Virus record (IMG/VR): IMGVR_UViG_3300033072_000473
Span: 23,212-87,211 of that record
Direction: 5' to 3' (one strand)
Source: a virus
Lineage: Duplodnaviria > Caudoviricetes
Length of the DNA: 64,000 nucleotides
Shown here: one piece after another, positions 58,501-64,000 of the stretch
How positions within the stretch are numbered: position 1 is the first letter of the stretch
Layout: each line of letters opens with the position of its first letter
Notes under the pieces: model-generated
What the model saw: the letters and a program-made list of their open reading frames with translations, nothing else
Told to the model about the DNA's origin: nothing
Database searches by the model: none
Position numbers and translations under genes: made by a program

Positions 58501-58585
58501 GGAGGATGAGCAGCATTGGCGACTGCAGCGGATTGTAAATCCGTGTCCACTGGAACACTTGGTTCGACTCCAAGATCCTCCACCA
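58501..58585 (+). tRNA. tRNA-Tyr(GUA)
   Basis: GCGGA-TTGTAAA-TCCGT; variable arm; CCA. Confidence 0.93.
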
Positions 58586-58737
58586 TAATTTAGTACTTTC
58601 CACTGTATCGTTTGCAGACGTGTAAACTACTCGACACCAAAGGGCCATCTTCGGAGTCTGAAATAAAGTGGCAAATGGCTTACTAGAGAATCGAACTCAC
58701 TGGGAAATTCTGCTCTAGAAAGTACTAAATTATGGTG
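58581..58737 (+). ncRNA. Structured trailer RNA after tRNA-Tyr
   Basis: Perfect 20-bp stem CACCATAATTTAGTACTTTC/GAAAGTACTAAATTATGGTG. Confidence 0.6.
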
Positions 58738-58758
58738 TTTTAGAATTTTGTGAAAACT

Positions 58759-58902
58759 AACCCACTTGGAACTGGCAATTTTTCGCATTATTTAGATTTT
58801 TGGGCGGTTCACGTGTAGAATTTTCGAGGTTAAAGAACCCATTTGGAACTGGTTTTTTAACGTGATTTGGGGAATTATGGGCCGTCCACGTACCGAATTT
58901 TG
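58759..58902. repeat. Two degenerate tandem units, period 77 bp
   Basis: AACCCA(C/T)TTGGAACTGG...GGGC(G/C)GT(T/C)CACGT...GAATTTT at 58759 and 58836. Confidence 0.7.
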
Positions 58903-59051
58903 CACTTGTTGTAAGCGTCCCAAACCTGTATAATTGTATTTGTTGGATCGGGAAGTAGCGATTGGCACAGATTGTGAAAATTAGGCTTGATTGTGCTGAA
59001 CTAATCCTGTATAATAGAATCTTAAATTAATCGAACTCTCGGGAGATCAAG

Positions 59052-59354
59052 ATGGCTGAAAAAACTTATAGCGACGAGCAAACTTCCCTGCTGGTTGAGC
59101 AGTACAAGGCTGGCGAGACCGTTGAGGAGCTGGCCCTCCAACTGGGCAAATCGGTTCGTAGCGTTGTGGCAAAGCTGGCTCGCGAAGGCGTGTACCAGAA
59201 AAAGACTGCCTCCGCAGGAAAACAGACTAGTACCAAGAAAGACGAGCTGGTTTTGCAACTGGAACTGTTTGCCGGGGTTGAACTGAAGTCTCTGCAAAAG
59301 GCAACCAAGGAGGATTTGGAAAAGCTGGTGGCCTTCGTCAAGCGCGAAGGTTGA
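59052..59354 (+). CDS. A2/D3-family DNA-binding protein paralog
   Basis: YSDEQT...LGKSVRSVVAKLAREGVYQKK. Confidence 0.7.
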   Translation: MAEKTYSDEQTSLLVEQYKAGETVEELALQLGKSVRSVVAKLAREGVYQKKTASAGKQTSTKKDELVLQLELFAGVELKSLQKATKEDLEKLVAFVKREG

Positions 59355-59359
59355 TTGAG

Positions 59360-59782
59360 TAAGGTAAGTTTATGCACTGGCGATCATACTAGGGGTTCCC
59401 TGTAAACCCGCCCAAAAAACAGGGGTCTGCACTTAGGGCTAGCTAGGTGTGGGCTTACTTACTAGCCAACCAGTTCCGGGAAGGAACATCTACTAAAGCT
59501 TATAGCGTTGATAGTAACGCTAGGTCAATAGTACTGCAGCCTGAATGTAGTCTCCTTACCTAGAGGGATAGATAGGTAACTTGTGGTGGACCGGCATCCT
59601 GTACAGCTGCAGGGATAGGTTCTTAATTGGTGAGGAACTGCCTAGCACCAGCCACCTCGGTAGTACACTGGTCCTGTACTTGGCGCACCACTTGCGGCTT
59701 GACCCGCCGCATTAGGTACAGCTTGTAAACTGTTGGCGCCTTCCGGCAAATCAGCCCACTTTCTTTGAAGGTGGGCTTTTTT
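59360..59782 (+). ncRNA. GC-richer hairpin-dense ncRNA candidate (~420 nt) ending in a terminator
   Basis: Hairpins CCCTGT/ACAGGG, TAGCGTT/AACGCTA, ATCCTG/CAGGGAT, GCGG/CCGC; terminator AGCCCAC/GTGGGCT-TTTTT. Confidence 0.55.
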
Positions 59783-60231
59783 GCGTCTTGAGGTTTGAGC
59801 ATGAAAAATTTAATCTTGACTTTATTTGCCACGCTGGGGAGACTCGCTAAAGGTTTGCGAGGTCTGAGCAGCGAAAATTCTGTCTTGAAAGTATACTAAA
59901 CACTGTGATAAAATCGGCGCCTTTTGCTCCCAAAAAGGTTTTAAAACCTAAAAAATCTACTGTTGACTTTAAAAAATCTTTTTAATTGTACAAATTCAGA
60001 CAAGGAATTTTAATGTTGTTATTTTACTACTGGGGGCGGCGCGGAAATTTTAACTTGAATAGTTACTTTACTACTGGACGGCGCAGAGCGCGCCTATATA
60101 AGTGAAAGCTTATATAAGTACAAGCTTATATAACAAATTTGAGAAAAGTGTCAAGGCTGGTGCAATAGTGACACGCTATCGGAAACCGTGTCAAGATAGA
60201 AAAAATTTGCTTGATTGGCCCCGAAGGGGCT

Positions 60232-60276
60232 GGTACGCTACGCGGCGCTAAGTCCTTGATTTTAAAGGCTTTTTTC
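60232..60276. repeat. 45-bp direct repeat, copy 1
   Basis: GGTACGCTACGCGGCGCTAAGTCCTTGATTTTAAAGGCTTTTTTC. Confidence 0.9.
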
Positions 60277-60434
60277 TTGAGCTAAGTCCTTGATTTTATA
60301 GGCATTTTTCAGAAAATATGACGGCAAAATCTATGCCAGCATAGCCTGGTACGTTTTATGCCTTAGCAATTACCATGCCAGATTATTTTAGGCAAAATAA
60401 AAAACCGCTTTTCAGCGGTTAATAATATTTCATT

Positions 60435-60970
60435 TTAATCACCCCAGTTTAAAATAAAAGCGTGCTCGTCTGAAATAATAACCGGGTCGCCGTGTTTAGC
60501 TAATTTTAAAAGGTTATTGGCAGCTTCTTCATTATCGCTAGTATAGGTTAAATTAATATCGAAAGGATCCTGATAAGTCATACCGGCCTCGCCATTAACA
60601 AGGCGATCATATGCTATTTCATAACCCATTTTCTTAAAGTTCCAGAGCCGGGTATTAGCATATTTATTTATAATTTCTTCCAGTCGTTCCTTTCTTTTTT
60701 CGGCAGCATTATCTAGAAAGTTTTCACAACATTTAATAACCTTTTCAGCCGAAACAGTAATATATGACATTTTTAGTATTCCTTTACAATAATATTTTTA
60801 GGGTTAGCCTTTTTAGCTTTATCACGCTTAATCAGTTCGTTAAGTTTCCATTCACAAAACTCTAAATCGTTTAATAGTGTTTCATCAACCCAAAATATAA
60901 AAAGCATACGCTTTTGTAGCTTGTAGCTATTTTCATAACCTTTAACCTTAATAATCCGGTATTTAGTCAT
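60435..60970 (-). other. Two pre-early-type hypothetical CDSs (60435..60770, 60773..60970)
   Basis: ORF track; strong SDs. Confidence 0.65.
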
Positions 60971-61031
60971 TTTAATTTCTCCTTTAAGATTTATTTAAAT
61001 CAAGGCGGCTGTTTAAACCGCCTTTGTTTAA

Positions 61032-61367
61032 TTAAATCGGCTTAGAATTTGCCAGAGCCGTGAAAATCTTTTGCAGAGCCGTTTTATTGGCTTTTGCTAG
61101 AGAATCAATTTCACCATCTGACATTTTCAGAATAGCGCCGATTGCATCGGCTACAGAATCTTTCTTTTCAGGCTTTTGCCCTGATTTAGAAACATATTCC
61201 TTCTTCTGATAAACGCCCTCACGGGAAAGTTTAGCGATTACCGATTTAACGGTTTTACCGAATTTTTCGGCAAATGCCGCAACGGTTTCGGCATTTGGTT
61301 CAGCCTTATAAGCCTCAACCAGTTCAACGGTTTGTTCCGTAGTGTAAGCGGTTTTAACGGTTGCCAT
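61032..61367 (-). CDS. T5 A2-like pre-early DNA-binding protein
   Basis: AYTTEQT...FGKTVKSVIAKLSREGVYQKK...DSLAKA; location in pre-early-type block. Confidence 0.7.
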   Translation of the reverse strand: MATVKTAYTTEQTVELVEAYKAEPNAETVAAFAEKFGKTVKSVIAKLSREGVYQKKEYVSKSGQKPEKKDSVADAIGAILKMSDGEIDSLAKANKTALQKIFTALANSKPI

Positions 61368-61382
61368 AATATTATCTCCTAA

Positions 61383-61533
61383 TTAAAACATATCAAAAAC
61401 AATGTTAGCATCAGCAGCCGAATAAATCAGCTTATCATATGCTACCAGCAACAGGTTGCCAAAGCCATCATCCGCGTGCGGGTGGCCCGTGGAATCATCC
61501 AGCCAAATACCAAAAAATATTTTTTTTTTTCAT
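61383..61533 (-). pseudogene. 49-aa ORF frameshifted by an A11 tract right after ATG
   Basis: With A10 the frame reads MKKKIFFGIWLDD...FDMF* and ends at the A2 RBS; strong SD upstream. Confidence 0.55.
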
Positions 61534-61813
61534 TTCTCCTGCTCCTAAATCGTTGTCCATGTAAAGAATTATACAGGAACGCGCCCAGGATGCAAGCCTT
61601 TTTGCAAATATTTTTGTAACCAATTGTAACAAAGAATTCCTAGCATAGACCAGCCCAGGATGTCAAGAAATTTATTTTCAAAAAAGTCTTGACAACCATA
61701 GAAAATTTGTGGTAAAATCGGCGCGGCCGCACCCTGGCTGCGCCTAACACAGACCCGCAAAAAAGTCAAGCAAAATAAAAAATAAAAATTTGTTGCCAAA
61801 AAAGTTTTTTGCG

Positions 61814-61858
61814 GGTACGCTACGCGGCGCTAAGTCATTGATTTTAAAGGCTTTTTTC
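61814..61858. repeat. 45-bp direct repeat, copy 2 (1 mismatch)
   Basis: GGTACGCTACGCGGCGCTAAGTCATTGATTTTAAAGGCTTTTTTC. Confidence 0.9.
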
Positions 61859-61987
61859 GAGGGTTAAGTATTTGATTTTAAAGGCTTTTGTCCCGCCCCC
61901 ATACGGTAGCGTATGGCAAAATCAAAATAGCATATTACCCCAGCATAATATTATGCCGGGGTAATAAGATAATATTATCTAATAATA

Positions 61988-62173
61988 TTATCCTGGAATT
62001 AAATCCAATTCAAATAATTCATCAACGTAATTATATCCAATATAAATAACGGCAGAATCAGCGCCATTAAAATAATTATCCTGAATATAATCTACCAGAA
62101 TTTCAGAAAAATTAGAATCATTTACCGGCAGATTCATTTTTTCCATATCATATTTTGAAATGTAGATTCGCAT
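61988..62173 (-). CDS. Small acidic hypothetical protein
   Basis: ORF track; SD GGAGG. Confidence 0.55.
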   Translation of the reverse strand: MRIYISKYDMEKMNLPVNDSNFSEILVDYIQDNYFNGADSAVIYIGYNYVDELFELDLIPG

Positions 62174-62414
62174 TTTATTTAACCTCCGAGTCAGTTACCT
62201 TACCATTATATTTTTCATGTAATGTATAGTCCAAATTATCTAGCAATTCAACGATAATATTTTCATCCTTATCAAAATCATTTTCATCTGGTAAATCAAT
62301 AGTCAAATAAATTTTATATTGCATTTTATTTTCTCCAGTTATACCAGCAACAAATTACGGTAATTATAATAATCGTATAAATCATTTTATTAAATAGGGC
62401 TTTCGCCCTATTGT

Positions 62415-63113
62415 TTATTTAGCCGAATAATGGTCTTTAACCTGATAATCGCGCCAATTATAAGCATTACCCGTATAATCTTTCCAATTACGATTTTTCA
62501 AAACGGCAATTAGAATCGGCAATTCAAAATAAATAGCATCTTCAATTGCAGTATGCGGTTCCTCATTATGGCGACCAGTAATATAATGAGCCATAATTTC
62601 CGCATTTGTTTTAATCGTCATATTACCTTTTGCGGTTTTATCTCCGAAATAAAGGTTTTCTAGTGCGAATTGCTTATATTGCTTTTTATTAGCAAACATA
62701 TTAGCGGCAGTATGCCATAAGCAAAAACGAGTAGCAAAAATAGTCAAATCAATTCCGGTATTATGGCATTTTGTAGAATCAAAGCCGATATTATAAGCTG
62801 TCAAGGTAGGATTATATTTTGCATTTACCTTTTCAAGCCAGCGATTAACGGCATTTACAGAGGCCATCATGCGATTGCCTTTATCCAGCATTTCCATATA
62901 GTTATTTTTCTTTTGTTGAGCATAATCTTTTGACCAAAAAGATTTTCCGGTAGGGTCTTGGAATAATTCTTTTCCGATATTTTCGCGGATAATAATAGAG
63001 CATTGATTAACAATTTCGCCCTTACGATCAACAACAACCGCGCCAAAATCAAATACCTGATCGTCGTTTGTGGTTTCAGTATCCACAATCATAAAAAATT
63101 GCTTTTTAGCCAT
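62415..63113 (-). CDS. DEDDh 3'-5' exonuclease
   Basis: IVDTETT, AYNIGFD, HTAIEDA; promoter TTGACT-17-TAAAAT upstream. Confidence 0.85.
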   Translation of the reverse strand: MAKKQFFMIVDTETTNDDQVFDFGAVVVDRKGEIVNQCSIIIRENIGKELFQDPTGKSFWSKDYAQQKKNNYMEMLDKGNRMMASVNAVNRWLEKVNAKYNPTLTAYNIGFDSTKCHNTGIDLTIFATRFCLWHTAANMFANKKQYKQFALENLYFGDKTAKGNMTIKTNAEIMAHYITGRHNEEPHTAIEDAIYFELPILIAVLKNRNWKDYTGNAYNWRDYQVKDHYSAK

Positions 63114-63211
63114 TTTTGAATCTCCTTCTTTGCATACCGGAAAAGGGCCGGATGCTCGCCCGAAAACATTATTTTATCAAAACGCCTGAATCTAGTCAAG
63201 CGTTTTGTAAA

Positions 63212-63694
63212 TTAATGTCCTTGATTAGAAGGAATATAAACGCCTTTACATTTGAAATAATCGCAGATTGCTTTGAGATATTTTGCGTTATCTTCAAACA
63301 TCGTAATATCTTTAATATTACGGAACTGTTTTAGGGAAAGAATCTTTTTTAATCCGGCAATTTTCATATCAGCCCCGCCCCGATTATCATTATCTTTACG
63401 ATAAATAATCGCATTAGGTTTTCCGAGTTTATTATCAATAAAAGCCCAAGATGCCGTGTTCATAGTTCTAGCTGTTGCAATAATAACAAAGTATTCAGGG
63501 TTATTTAGCATTGCCTGATATTCTTTTGCCATCGGCAGCAATTCATCAAAATATGCGCCGCGCTCATTATCACGCCAAAATTGCAGGTCAATTTTAGTAG
63601 CATCCTCTTTTGAAACACGATAACGCCAAGAAGAATCAACCAAAACGCCGTCCATATCAAAAATCGCGATTTTCTTAATTTTTGCCATTTTCAT
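63212..63694 (-). CDS. HAD-family phosphatase (possible functional analogue of T5 dmp)
   Basis: IFDMDGVLVD, TAR, K, FEDN; promoter TTTACA-17-TAAAAT upstream. Confidence 0.8.
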   Translation of the reverse strand: MKMAKIKKIAIFDMDGVLVDSSWRYRVSKEDATKIDLQFWRDNERGAYFDELLPMAKEYQAMLNNPEYFVIIATARTMNTASWAFIDNKLGKPNAIIYRKDNDNRGGADMKIAGLKKILSLKQFRNIKDITMFEDNAKYLKAICDYFKCKGVYIPSNQGH

Positions 63695-63765
63695 TTCCTT
63701 TCAAAATTGATTCAGTGAGATTATTTTATCAAAAGCCTTCAAGTATGTAAAGGCTTTTTGTAAAA

Positions 63766-63978
63766 TTATTTCAGGTAGGAGAACAGGCCAATAATGTTAA
63801 TAAACAGGAAAACCCCCCACAAAATAATTGCATCATTCTGTTTTTTCTGAATCGAAGAAGCCAGCGAAAAAACAGAGCCAATTGTAAAGAAGATATAACC
63901 AATATCATTCAAACCCATATTAACGGCTACAAAAACCGCGCCCAGGATACCGAAAACCGTACCAGCCCAACCCATCAT
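63766..63978 (-). CDS. Small membrane protein
   Basis: Three hydrophobic helices. Confidence 0.65.
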   Translation of the reverse strand: MMGWAGTVFGILGAVFVAVNMGLNDIGYIFFTIGSVFSLASSIQKKQNDAIILWGVFLFINIIGLFSYLK

Positions 63979-64000
63979 TTTTTGCTCCTTGTTGTTTGTT

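Noticed and set aside
59623-59832. 69-aa - strand ORF (also 61569..61799)
   Set aside because: Antisense to the structured RNA or inside promoter/repeat DNA; no SD
1-64000. CRISPR array, rRNA, integrase, intein
   Set aside because: No regularly spaced repeat-spacer array, rRNA signature, recombinase or intein motifs were seen

Overview
AT-rich 64-kb segment of a lytic T5-like (Demerecviridae-type) phage genome, judged from gene order and protein motifs. From left to right it holds: the end of the late tail module and a lysis cassette (+, 1-5063); the T5-type replication/recombination block on the - strand (nrdJ, dut, D15-D10, DNA pol, primase, helicase, D5, split NAD ligase, D2, D3, phoH, thyX; 5102-28511); a tRNA/ncRNA region (28733-43001); small divergent early genes (43002-58000); two more tRNAs with structured RNAs; a repeat-rich non-coding stretch that probably contains the injection-stop region; and pre-early-type genes (-, 60435-63978). 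There are 27 tRNA-like genes covering all 20 amino acids, including one Leu with a group I intron, one Thr with a 42-nt insertion and one Ile(UAU) with a long variable arm, plus a circularly permuted two-piece tmRNA. The best candidate for a new system is a Ro60/TROVE-like vWA protein (DUF2828 type, 31423-32838) surrounded by five copies of a conserved RNA helix plus YUWCAGCAA motif. Three copies carry tRNA parts (an anticodon arm, a YrlA-like permuted T/acceptor/D core, an insertion inside tRNA-Thr); the other two enclose plain hairpins. Several other large structured ncRNA candidates are also present. All RNA structures were folded by eye and protein families were assigned from remembered motifs; no searches were run.
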